Below, one piece after another: positions 1 to 8,402 of a stretch of 14,293 bases of DNA. Below the pieces are notes generated by a model. It ran no database searches. It had not been told where the DNA came from and worked only from the letters and a program-made list of their open reading frames with translations. Position numbers and translations under genes: made by a program. The stretch's first letter is position 1, and each line of letters begins with the position of its first letter. This DNA is from Pseudomonadota bacterium (GTDB lineage: Bacteria; Desulfobacterota; Desulfobacteria; Desulfobacterales; RPRI01), in assembly GCA_043825875.1 (NCBI GenBank), contig JBDRRF010000043.1:1-14293 (forward strand). Direction: 5' to 3'.

Positions 1-1
1 T

Positions 2-202
2 ATGACAAAAACACACACAAGCGATGCGATCCAAGCGCTTTATTATGGTGTATTTATTTACAAAAATAATACTTATTTTGACTTTTGGGGTCTTGGTAGT
101 GCAGATAATTATGGAACTATCTATCTGGAGAACAGGTTGCGGGTTTTTCGTTGTGAAAATGGTAAAACATCAGAAATATGTGTCTATAAAGTTTTGCGGT
201 AA
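2..202 (+). CDS. Probable 3' end of an upstream hypothetical protein, truncated by the window edge
   Basis: Frame is open from the window start to TAA at 200-202. The translation (YYGVFIYKNNTYFDFW...LRVFRCENGKTSEICVYK) has natural protein-like composition and is co-oriented with the next gene. Confidence 0.5.
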   Translation: MTKTHTSDAIQALYYGVFIYKNNTYFDFWGLGSADNYGTIYLENRLRVFRCENGKTSEICVYKVLR

Positions 203-285
203 ATTTAATATTAAAAGCTTATTCTACAAAACAATATGTTATTCCAATACTTCCCCAATACTACTAATCAAGAAAGGATGGCAAT

Positions 286-1191
286 ATGTTTAAAAAATTA
301 ATTGTCAGGGTATTGCTAATAGTATTGAGTTTTATGATGATGTCGGCAACGGTGTTTGCAGAGACTCCTGCCAAAGAAGTTGAAAAGAATAATGCGCCAC
401 CGGTTATCGATAACATAGGTTTTATAAAAAACCCGCCAAAAGAACTGAAAGAAAAGTTTCCCATGTGCGATGCTTTTTTGAAAGTGGAATGGATCGACAA
501 GAAGTATAAAATTGGGTACAGCCACTATGAAGCAAAAAGAAAAGGTGAAAAAAAGTTGATGTGGGCATTAGTTACCTTGCTTGGCGACCTGCCGTCTTAT
601 AGATGGGATGTCTATCAGTACAAGCGTCAAGGCCGATTGAAAGAACTATTCGAAATAATCAAGTATGGCAAAGCCAAAGGAAGTTTAGGCGTTTTGGTTC
701 GAACGTACAAGGGAGAATATGTAAAAATATTTAACATGGAACTAGACGATGGTGCTTTGGCTGACAACCGATGTACCGTATGCATTCCATATCCGGATGA
801 GGAAATGGTCTGGATTGCAGAAGGTAAAAGTGTTGGGCAAAACTACAGCGAGACACAGTTTGAGGAATTGACCAACAAGGTTAAAAAGCCAGGCAAGCCC
901 TTTAATGAAAATTGGCAAAAATGGTTAAAGTCTCTATGGATACTGGACATAAATTTTGATGGGAAGAAAGATTTTGTTTTAGGTAGATCTTTAGCGGCAA
1001 CTTGGCAAAATAAACTGTATATTGTAGATAGCGTTTATAAAGACCATGGGTTTCAACAAACCTTCCCACCAAATGGACGTACTTGCTACGTCAGATCGCT
1101 TGGAATGCCAATAACCACCGATGGGAAAAATTATTATATAGGCAATCAATGTAATATAACAGAATTAACTTCAGATTCTGAAAAGGAGTAA
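286..1191 (+). CDS. Secreted/periplasmic hypothetical protein (301 aa) with a DxNxDGxxD putative Ca-binding motif
   Basis: SD-like AGAAAGGA upstream of ATG. Sec signal peptide (MFKK, hydrophobic core, VFA|E). LDINFDGKKDFV motif and paired cysteines near the C-terminus. Confidence 0.8.
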   Translation: MFKKLIVRVLLIVLSFMMMSATVFAETPAKEVEKNNAPPVIDNIGFIKNPPKELKEKFPMCDAFLKVEWIDKKYKIGYSHYEAKRKGEKKLMWALVTLLGDLPSYRWDVYQYKRQGRLKELFEIIKYGKAKGSLGVLVRTYKGEYVKIFNMELDDGALADNRCTVCIPYPDEEMVWIAEGKSVGQNYSETQFEELTNKVKKPGKPFNENWQKWLKSLWILDINFDGKKDFVLGRSLAATWQNKLYIVDSVYKDHGFQQTFPPNGRTCYVRSLGMPITTDGKNYYIGNQCNITELTSDSEKE

Positions 1192-1355
1192 GTAAAGGCT
1201 GCTCTTGATATGTCAAGGAATAATGATCAAAATGTTAGCGATAAGCAAGTAAAGATAGGCATTATCACAGGGTAATCGCATTTGGAATTTATCAAAACTG
1301 CATATAGGAAAACAAAGAAAGAAGCTATTTGGGTCATTAAAGAGGAAGTTAACAA

Positions 1356-1378
1356 CCCCCTAGCCCCCTTTTAAGGGG
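1356..1378. repeat. Short C-rich/G-rich REP-like hairpin CCCCCTAGCCCCCTTTTAAGGGG
   Basis: GC-rich island in AT-rich intergenic DNA, with a CCCCTT/AAGGGG inverted repeat preceded by a second C-run. Only one copy is in the window. Confidence 0.4.
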
Positions 1379-1612
1379 AATTCATATGGATTTACCTCCT
1401 AGAGGATTATATGAAGTCCAAATGTGGTAACCCTGGGAATTATCAGCGGGAACTGGATACAATTTATAGAGTAAAGCCGAATACGGGTGTTGGGGTATTA
1501 ATCAATAAAAAAACAGGGTAAAAGATAATGAAAATGACTTTTTATCTTTTAGGAAGGTGTTTTTATTAATATTATGCGATCTGCATAGCATACCCTTGAC
1601 TCACAAGCAAAA

Positions 1613-1640
1613 TTGACACTATTAAGTATGATGGTAGAAT
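1613..1640 (+). promoter_or_regulatory. Sigma70-type promoter for the lipoprotein gene/operon
   Basis: TTGACA (1613-1618), 16-nt spacer, TAGAAT (1635-1640) with an extended -10 TG at 1632-1633, about 40 nt upstream of ATG 1679. Confidence 0.6.
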
Positions 1641-1678
1641 TAGACAACAAATCAACACAATTATTCAGGAAGGAAAAT

Positions 1679-2692
1679 ATGAAAAGAAAACAGTTTATCA
1701 GAAATCATTATTTAATCTTGTTTGTTATTTCAACATTATTATTCATATCGGGATGCTTTACAAATAAGAACTTCATGATTAAATCCGAACCCGAAGGCGC
1801 GCTTGTTATCCGCCATAATAAAGAAGGCATTGATGAGCCTTTGTCTTTTACCAAAATTATTGGCGAGGCTCCGGCAAAAGATAAAATTACTTTCATTGGC
1901 GCAGATGATACATCTTATTACACTTTGGAAAAAAGAGGCTACAGGGGTGTAACAGAGAGTGTAACTAAAAATTCCCAGGAAACAATTGTGCTAAAGCTTG
2001 AAAGAATTAATGATATACCAGAAACTGTGTTTGACAGGCAAAATCTCAAGAACAGTACATTTTATCTACTTCCCATCCGATTCGATATCGTTTTGCATGG
2101 GGGGGTAGGGGCAATAGATCGATACAAACTTTCTCCAAAATTGTCTGAAGACATAAGCAGCAAATTTAATCAATCGTTGTTGTCTACAGAGCATATGATT
2201 GAGGTTAATTTCGACGACAAAACACAAAAAGTTTGGGGTGAATATTCAGAAGATATTAATACATTTTTAACAAAATTAAATCCCAAAAGGCTGCAATATT
2301 ATACATCCCCTCCATTTATTTTTGATAAAGTGCCAGGATTTACCGTAGGAGAATCACTTAAAAATTTGGATAGTAAATCATACCTGCTTTATGTTTACGG
2401 TAAATGCATTAAAGCAAGCAGCGGGAGGATTGTAGGCAATGCAGCATTAAATGTTGCCTCCGGTGCGGTTGAGGGATATCAAGCCGCACAGGGAAGAACT
2501 TTTGCTTCAGATGCAAATGCATTCAGGATTGATAATAGTACGATAGTTTCCTTTTACGTTATTGATCCTCATACTTCAGAGGTATTGACAGCTGAAACCG
2601 TATCCTATCCAATGGATATTACTAACCCAAAAGCTTTTGAGATGATAGCATTAAGTGTTCGCCAGTTTCCTGAGATGCAAATTAATAAATAG
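1679..2692 (+). CDS. Lipoprotein of unknown function with a PEGA-like N-terminal segment
   Basis: SD AGGAAGGA before ATG 1679 (the listed TTG 1613 is the -35 box). Signal peptide ends in lipobox ISG-C, followed by IKSEPEGA...IGEAP...LEKRGY, a PEGA-like pattern. Confidence 0.8.
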   Translation: MKRKQFIRNHYLILFVISTLLFISGCFTNKNFMIKSEPEGALVIRHNKEGIDEPLSFTKIIGEAPAKDKITFIGADDTSYYTLEKRGYRGVTESVTKNSQETIVLKLERINDIPETVFDRQNLKNSTFYLLPIRFDIVLHGGVGAIDRYKLSPKLSEDISSKFNQSLLSTEHMIEVNFDDKTQKVWGEYSEDINTFLTKLNPKRLQYYTSPPFIFDKVPGFTVGESLKNLDSKSYLLYVYGKCIKASSGRIVGNAALNVASGAVEGYQAAQGRTFASDANAFRIDNSTIVSFYVIDPHTSEVLTAETVSYPMDITNPKAFEMIALSVRQFPEMQINK

Positions 2693-2709
2693 GCCACAGG
2701 TCATAAATA

Positions 2710-4206
2710 TTGGAAACAATAAAAAACAGCGAATATCATTTTTGCCGGGACTTGCCCACTATACCACAGCCTGAAATGGGAAGAATTCTGGTTACCGGAG
2801 CTACCGGGTATATCGGCGGAAGGCTGGTGCCGGAACTCATTGAACGGGGGTATCAAGTCAGAATTATGGTCAGGGTTTTGTCTCCAGTCCATCAGGAGCG
2901 CTGGCCGGATGCCGAGATAGTTGTAGCGGATGTGTTAGATATTGTAAGTCTAAAAAATGCATTTAAAGAAATCCATACAGCCTATTATCTGATCCATTCA
3001 CTATTGCTTGGAAAAAAACATTTTGAGTCAGCGGATGTCCAAGGAGCAATTAATTTCAGAAATGCAGCAGAAGAGATGGGTGTTCAAAGGATTATCTATC
3101 TGGGAGGGCTTGGAGATCTGCGGTCAACCCTTTCACCTCATCTAAGAAGCCGTATTGAAGTAGGACGGGAGCTGGGAAAGGGCAAGGTTCCAACCACAAT
3201 CCTTCGGGCCGCCATTATACTTGGGTCAGGAAGTGCTTCCTATGAAATTTTAATAAATACAGCAAAAAAAATGCCGATCATACCAATCCCATACTGGATG
3301 AAGGCCCAGTGCCAGCCTATCGCAATCCGGGATGTCATAAAGTACCTTGTAGGAGCTCTTGAATGTTTTGAAACCACCGGTAAATCATTTGATATCGGCG
3401 GTATGGATGTGTTGACTTATGATGAAATGCTCCAAATCCTGGCAAAAATGTTTGGTAAGAAAACAATGAGTTTGCCTAGTTTCTTTTCGGGGTTGCGATT
3501 TTTCGCCATCCTTGCCAACCTTTTTGCGCCGGTGCCGTGGCCCATCATTCTGGCGCTTTTGGAAGGGCTTAGAAACAATGTGGTGTGTCAGGACAATGCA
3601 ATTATGAAATTGATTCCATTTGAACCCTTAACATACAAAGAGTCCATTATCAGGGCCATGAGCCGGGAAGAACAGGATAATGTTCATACAAGGTGGTCCG
3701 ATGCCTATCCCCCGGCCCACAGCCTGGCGATTAAACTAAATGAGTTGAAAATATCTCCTAAATTTATCAAGACATATTCACTGGTCAACACTACAAATGC
3801 AGCCGACATCTTTAGTGCGGTATGCAGGATTGGCGGTAAGGAAGGATGGTTTCAAAACAACTGGATGTGGCGTTTAAGGGGAATGGCGGATAGTATGCTG
3901 GGTGGTGTTGGCATGGCCCGTGGGAGACGAAGTTCATCCGAATTGAGGGTCAATGATGTTATCGACTTCTGGCGCGTGGAAGACATGAAGCCTTCACGTA
4001 AACTTCTTCTGAGGGCAGAGATGAAACTGCCAGGAAAGGCCTGGCTGGAATTTGATATCGATCAGAGCGAACATAGCAATCAATTGTCCATTACCGCCTA
4101 TTTTATTCCCCATGGTATTTTAGGAAATATTTACTGGTATATGTTTCTGCCTTTTCATGGTATTATTTTCAAAGATCTGTTAAAGCAGATAGTAATGAAA
4201 GGGTGA
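2710..4206 (+). CDS. Atypical SDR / NAD(P)-binding epimerase-family protein with C-terminal DUF2867 (YbjT-like)
   Basis: Rossmann motif ILVTGATGYIGGRL, AYYLIHS, IIYLGGLG, SPHLRSR, QPIAIRDV. C-terminal IGGKEGW..WRLRG..DFWRVE..LRAEMKLPGKAWLEF..YWY..PFH is typical of DUF2867. TTG start is uncertain. Confidence 0.9.
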   Translation: METIKNSEYHFCRDLPTIPQPEMGRILVTGATGYIGGRLVPELIERGYQVRIMVRVLSPVHQERWPDAEIVVADVLDIVSLKNAFKEIHTAYYLIHSLLLGKKHFESADVQGAINFRNAAEEMGVQRIIYLGGLGDLRSTLSPHLRSRIEVGRELGKGKVPTTILRAAIILGSGSASYEILINTAKKMPIIPIPYWMKAQCQPIAIRDVIKYLVGALECFETTGKSFDIGGMDVLTYDEMLQILAKMFGKKTMSLPSFFSGLRFFAILANLFAPVPWPIILALLEGLRNNVVCQDNAIMKLIPFEPLTYKESIIRAMSREEQDNVHTRWSDAYPPAHSLAIKLNELKISPKFIKTYSLVNTTNAADIFSAVCRIGGKEGWFQNNWMWRLRGMADSMLGGVGMARGRRSSSELRVNDVIDFWRVEDMKPSRKLLLRAEMKLPGKAWLEFDIDQSEHSNQLSITAYFIPHGILGNIYWYMFLPFHGIIFKDLLKQIVMKG

Positions 4207-4209
4207 AAT

Positions 4210-6381
4210 ATGAAGGCAAATATCAGCCGCTTGGCTTTTTCTCTAAGCAAGCTGTCTATACAGGCGCTAAGGCGTTGGTCTAAGGCATCAGTACATATTC
4301 ATGGTGCCGAAAACATTCCGGATGGTGTGATTATCTTTGCAGTAAACCATTTTACACGCTTGGAAACCCTGATTCTTCCCTACGAATTTTATAAACTAAC
4401 CGGCAAACCGATTATGTCTCTTGCCTACCATGGTCTATTCACCGGTGCTTTGGGCAAATATTTGGATAAAATGGGTGCGGTATCTACCAATGACCCTAAC
4501 CGTGATGAAATTATTATTCGCTCTTTACTAATCGGAGATAATCCATGGCTGATATTTCCGGAAGGCCAGATGGTAAAAGACAAAAAGATTGTTGAAAGCG
4601 GTAAGTTTCTCATTTACAGCGCTACTGGCAAACGGCGACCACCTCATACAGGTGCTGCAGCACTGGCATTACGTACGGAGTTTTATAGGCAAAGACTACA
4701 GTTCCTGCAGGAAACTGACAGCGATTTGCTTAATGAACAGCTGAATATTTTTGATCTTTCTTCCATGGAACAGGTGAGCAAAAAAGAAACCTTTCTGGTG
4801 CCGGTTAATATTAGTTATTATCCTATCCGTTCACGTCAAAACGCTATTGAAAAAATGGCTTCATATCTTGTGAAGGATATGCCTGATTATGTAGCTGAAG
4901 AACTGCAAACCGAAGGAACCATGCTTCTTTCGGGAGTAGATATTGATATCACTATAGGAAAGCCCATGGCTATAAGGCCCTTTCTTAATAAAGGGATTAT
5001 CCAGAAAGACATACGCACGCCGAAGTCTTTAATGCCAGATGATCTGATGCCTTCCAGGCCGTTAATAAGAGTTATGGCCAGTAAACTTACCATGGAAGTG
5101 ATGGCCTGTATTTACCAAAATACTACGGTTAATTATGATCATCTACTTGCCTATATTATAAAATATTATCCCGGAAAAAAGCTAAGCTTATTTAATCTTG
5201 CACAGCGGCTCTACCTGGCTGTGGAAGCAGTTACCAAGCTTAAATCCATAAGTTTACATAATGGATTACAACAAAACCAATGCGTACAACTCTGTCGCAA
5301 TTACAAAACATTTCTTGCCGATTTCCTCGAGGTAGCAAAACGAAGCGGTGCTGTGGAAATAGATGCTGATATAATCCATCTGAAGGGTCCGGCAATTAAC
5401 ACACTTTTTGATTTTAACAGCATCAGAAGAGAAAATCCATACCAGGTTATTCTAAACGAAGTAGAATATCTTAGACCGCTTACTTTTAGATTGCAATTAA
5501 TTGCCCAGCAGCCTTTCTGGTCAGTGTGCCGGAGCCTGCGGCGCAAGTTTCTTCAAATGGCCAAACAGGAGTTTGACTCCGACTATGAAACTTATCAGAA
5601 CGAGGATGAGTCAAAACCTAAAAATATTGGTGCTCCGATTTTTTATCGAAGATTTTCCCCGAAAGCCGGAATATTACTAGTTCATGGTTATTTGGCTGCT
5701 CCCGAGGAGGTAAGACCTCTTGCAGAGTATCTCTATCAGCAGGGCTACACTGTTTTTGCGCCACGCCTTAGGGGACATGGCACCAGCCCTGAAGATCTAT
5801 CTCTTAGAACCTGGGAAGATTGGTTGCAATCAGTTGAGCTTGGTTATATGCTTTTGGCAACTAGCGCTAAGGATGTTATTGTGGGTGGGATCAGCATGGG
5901 AGCTGGCTTGGCCCTTTTTGCGGCTGCAAACATACCATATAAAATTAAAGCAGTTTTTGCAGTTAACTGTGCGATGAGATTAAGGAAACGAACCTCTAAG
6001 TTTGCTCCGGCAATTGTTTTGTGGGACAAGCTGGTAGAAAAACTGGTTAAAGATGAAAGGCATAAGCATTTTGTGCCAAATGAGTCCGAAAACCCGCATA
6101 TCAACTATTTACGTAACCCTATTAGCGGCGTAAAAGAACTAATGGAGTTAATGGATCAGCTCTCATCCAGGCTTGAGCATATAAAAGTTCCGGCTCTTTT
6201 GATACAATCATCCGGGGATCTTGTTGTTGATCCTGATGGAAGTAAATATGTATTCGAGAAACTTGGCTCCGAGGATAAGGAGTTAGTTATGCTCAATTCT
6301 GACCGACACGGTATTTTCAGAGGCGATATTTCAAAAAGTGTTTTCAACACGATAACAGAATTTCTTAATATCAGAGTTTGA
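4210..6381 (+). CDS. Fusion protein: glycerolipid acyltransferase (PlsC/PlsB-like) domain plus C-terminal alpha/beta hydrolase (carboxylesterase/monoacylglycerol lipase-like)
   Basis: N-terminal NHFTRLE (block I), LIFPEG (block III) and LVPVNISY (block IV). C-terminal LLVHGY, PRLRGHGT, nucleophile elbow GISMG, GDLVVD acid and DRHG histidine. Confidence 0.85.
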   Translation: MKANISRLAFSLSKLSIQALRRWSKASVHIHGAENIPDGVIIFAVNHFTRLETLILPYEFYKLTGKPIMSLAYHGLFTGALGKYLDKMGAVSTNDPNRDEIIIRSLLIGDNPWLIFPEGQMVKDKKIVESGKFLIYSATGKRRPPHTGAAALALRTEFYRQRLQFLQETDSDLLNEQLNIFDLSSMEQVSKKETFLVPVNISYYPIRSRQNAIEKMASYLVKDMPDYVAEELQTEGTMLLSGVDIDITIGKPMAIRPFLNKGIIQKDIRTPKSLMPDDLMPSRPLIRVMASKLTMEVMACIYQNTTVNYDHLLAYIIKYYPGKKLSLFNLAQRLYLAVEAVTKLKSISLHNGLQQNQCVQLCRNYKTFLADFLEVAKRSGAVEIDADIIHLKGPAINTLFDFNSIRRENPYQVILNEVEYLRPLTFRLQLIAQQPFWSVCRSLRRKFLQMAKQEFDSDYETYQNEDESKPKNIGAPIFYRRFSPKAGILLVHGYLAAPEEVRPLAEYLYQQGYTVFAPRLRGHGTSPEDLSLRTWEDWLQSVELGYMLLATSAKDVIVGGISMGAGLALFAAANIPYKIKAVFAVNCAMRLRKRTSKFAPAIVLWDKLVEKLVKDERHKHFVPNESENPHINYLRNPISGVKELMELMDQLSSRLEHIKVPALLIQSSGDLVVDPDGSKYVFEKLGSEDKELVMLNSDRHGIFRGDISKSVFNTITEFLNIRV

Positions 6382-6409
6382 GCAGTTCTTGGCTTTACGA
6401 AAAGTGGCT

Positions 6410-7132
6410 CTATGGCATGAACATATTTTCTACTTCATCAGTATAAGAACCGTCATCCTTATATATTACAAGAGGTGAGGCGACCTTTGCTCCTGCTTTA
6501 CCCCCTTTTATGCCTTCGACAATTACAAGTTTGGATTCCGAATTATTTTTCGAGTAAATAAATCTAAAATACTTCGGTTCTATTCCTGAAAAACGCATAT
6601 GTTCAATTATATCGGCTATGCGCTCTGAAGGATAAATCATTATAAATTTTCCCGAAATATCCAAAAGACTTTTTGCCGATTCAAAGATTCCGGGAAGAGA
6701 GATCATGATTTCATGTCTTGCCAGCGCGCGCTGATTATCGGGATTTACCCTTCCTGAATTTGCTTTTCTGTATGGCGGGTTACATACTATAATATCGGGC
6801 GATCCAAAGATCATACTTTTTTTTAAATTTTTCAGATCAGTGCAAATGATTCCAATTTGTTCTTCCATGCCGTTGTTTTTCACATTCATGACGGCAATAT
6901 CTGCAAGACTTTTCTGTACTTCGATCCCGCATATTTTAATTTCCGGATTTTGGTATGCAAGTATAAGAGAAATTATGCCGCACCCTGTTCCAATATCAAG
7001 AATTTTATTTCCCGCAGATGCTTTTACATGTGAGGCAAGTAAAATTGAATCGATTGAAAAGCGATATCCTGACTTATTTTGTTTAATAGATAATTTGCCT
7101 TTGAAAAAATGGTCGTCAGTAAGCAAATCCAT
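6410..7132 (-). CDS. tRNA1(Val) (adenine(37)-N6)-methyltransferase family protein (TrmN6/YfiC/YabB-like)
   Basis: QNKSGYRFSIDSILLA, SAM-binding ILDIGTGCGII, catalytic CNPPY and ALARHE motif. Confidence 0.88.
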   Translation of the reverse strand: MDLLTDDHFFKGKLSIKQNKSGYRFSIDSILLASHVKASAGNKILDIGTGCGIISLILAYQNPEIKICGIEVQKSLADIAVMNVKNNGMEEQIGIICTDLKNLKKSMIFGSPDIIVCNPPYRKANSGRVNPDNQRALARHEIMISLPGIFESAKSLLDISGKFIMIYPSERIADIIEHMRFSGIEPKYFRFIYSKNNSESKLVIVEGIKGGKAGAKVASPLVIYKDDGSYTDEVENMFMP

Positions 7133-7134
7133 AT

Positions 7135-7464
7135 TCAGACAGCTCCGATCTTAAATTTGATATCAGAGACAAGCTCTTTTCCGATCTCATTATTAAGTCT
7201 TGATATTATATCTTCTTTGTAATATTGGAGTTCTTGCATCCATACGGAACTGCTTACATACACAAGAAGTATCTGCCCTTTGAAACCGGCAGGCCTTGTA
7301 TTTTTGCAAACGGCTTCTCCTACTATATTTTTCCATATGCTGGAAATGTTAGCAGATTCAAAACCCAGTTCCAGGCGGAATTTGTTTAATACATTGCCGA
7401 TAATATTGCCGATTGGTTCAAAATCAGCTTCTTTTTTTTTAGGGTCTTTCATTTGCTGTTCCAT
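7135..7464 (-). CDS. DUF721 / DciA-family protein
   Basis: IWKNIVGEAVCKNTRP, LLVYVSSSVWMQELQY.K..II.RLN and IKFKIG match the DUF721 pattern. It ends 2 nt before the methyltransferase start. Confidence 0.85.
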   Translation of the reverse strand: MEQQMKDPKKKEADFEPIGNIIGNVLNKFRLELGFESANISSIWKNIVGEAVCKNTRPAGFKGQILLVYVSSSVWMQELQYYKEDIISRLNNEIGKELVSDIKFKIGAV

Positions 7465-7520
7465 AAAAATAGAATGTAAAGCACATTTTTAAAAAAGATA
7501 AAAGTGTTATGCCACAAGAA

Positions 7521-7560
7521 ATTTTATCATTCAAGAGCGATCGCTTTTTATGATGAAAAT
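7521..7560. promoter_or_regulatory. Imperfect 40-bp palindrome centred on AGCGATCGCT in the divergent intergenic region
   Basis: ATTTTATCAT-TCAAG-AGCGATCGCT-TTTTA-TGATGAAAAT shows dyad symmetry. Function is inferred only. Confidence 0.4.
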
Positions 7561-7581
7561 ATAAAGGGTATCATAAAATAA

Positions 7582-7612
7582 AAGCATGCAAAAAATAAAT
7601 TTTTGCATGCTT
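7582..7612. promoter_or_regulatory. Perfect 13-bp inverted repeat with 5-nt spacer (operator or hairpin)
   Basis: AAGCATGCAAAAA-ATAAA-TTTTTGCATGCTT, lying between divergent genes. Confidence 0.55.
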
Positions 7613-7685
7613 GAAATATATTTGCTATAGATTAGCCAATATAAAATGTTTATGCGGACTTAAAATTACCGGAGAAATTAAAATA

Positions 7686-7853
7686 ATGGCTATAAGTAAA
7701 GAACTTCTTGAAATTCTTGCCTGCCCAAAGTGCAAAGGGGATATTAATCTTACTGATGCGGGTGATGGCCTTATCTGCGAAAATTGTAAACTTGTATATG
7801 AAATAAGGGATGATATCCCCATAATGTTGATAGATGAGGCAAAGCCGTTGTGA
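7686..7853 (+). CDS. Trm112-family protein (UPF0434/YcaR-like), 55 aa
   Basis: LLEILACPKCKG...LICENCKLVYEIRDDIPIMLIDEA. GGAG at 7671-7674 supports ATG 7686 rather than TTG 7611. Confidence 0.92.
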   Translation: MAISKELLEILACPKCKGDINLTDAGDGLICENCKLVYEIRDDIPIMLIDEAKPL

Positions 7854-7865
7854 GCAGAGGCATTA

Positions 7866-8402
7866 ATGAGCATTCCCCGACCGCCCAATCCGGCAAAGCT
7901 TGTAATCGGAGTTTTTTTAAATGATAAGAACCTTATTGAGTTACTGGAAAATGAGCTAATTGCTGAATTTGGTCCGGTCGATATCATAAGTCAATGGTTC
8001 TTATTTGATTATACCTCTTACTATGCCCATGAAATGGGTTCGCCTCTTTTCAGGAGGATGTTTGTTTTTAAAAAACTTATTAAACAGGCAAGTCTTTCAC
8101 AAATAAAAAATTTTACAAATGAACTTGAAGCAAGATACTCAAAAAACGGTAAAAGAACCGTTAATATTGATCCGGGATACATGCTTCATGAAAAATTTGT
8201 TCTTGCAACAGGCAAAAACTTTAGTCACAGAATATATATCGGAAATAATATTTACGCAGATTTGACTTTAATTTATCAGAATGGGGAATTTAGAACATTG
8301 CCCTGGACATATCCTGATTATGCGGATGAAAAAATGCTGACTTTTCTAATAAATGTCCGTGATAAATATGTTGCCGATATGAAACGAGGCCAAGATAAAT
8401 GA
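7866..8402 (+). CDS. DUF4416 family protein
   Basis: FGPVD, FDYTSYYAHEMG, RTVNIDPGY, FVLATGKNFSHRIYIG..IYADLTL, LPWTYPDY. Confidence 0.85.
   Translation: MSIPRPPNPAKLVIGVFLNDKNLIELLENELIAEFGPVDIISQWFLFDYTSYYAHEMGSPLFRRMFVFKKLIKQASLSQIKNFTNELEARYSKNGKRTVNIDPGYMLHEKFVLATGKNFSHRIYIGNNIYADLTLIYQNGEFRTLPWTYPDYADEKMLTFLINVRDKYVADMKRGQDK

Noticed and set aside
24..293. 89-aa ORF with a hydrophobic stretch
   Set aside because: It overlaps the more protein-like frame 2-202, has no SD and shows no recognisable motif.
1613..1678. TTG start extension of the lipoprotein (likewise TTG 7611 and TTG 13139)
   Set aside because: Downstream ATGs (1679, 7686, 13151) have SD sequences and give canonical N-termini. 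TTG 1613 is part of the -35 box.
7537..7544. GCGATCGC as a cyanobacterial HIP1 signature
   Set aside because: I noticed only one occurrence, and the gene content is not cyanobacterial.
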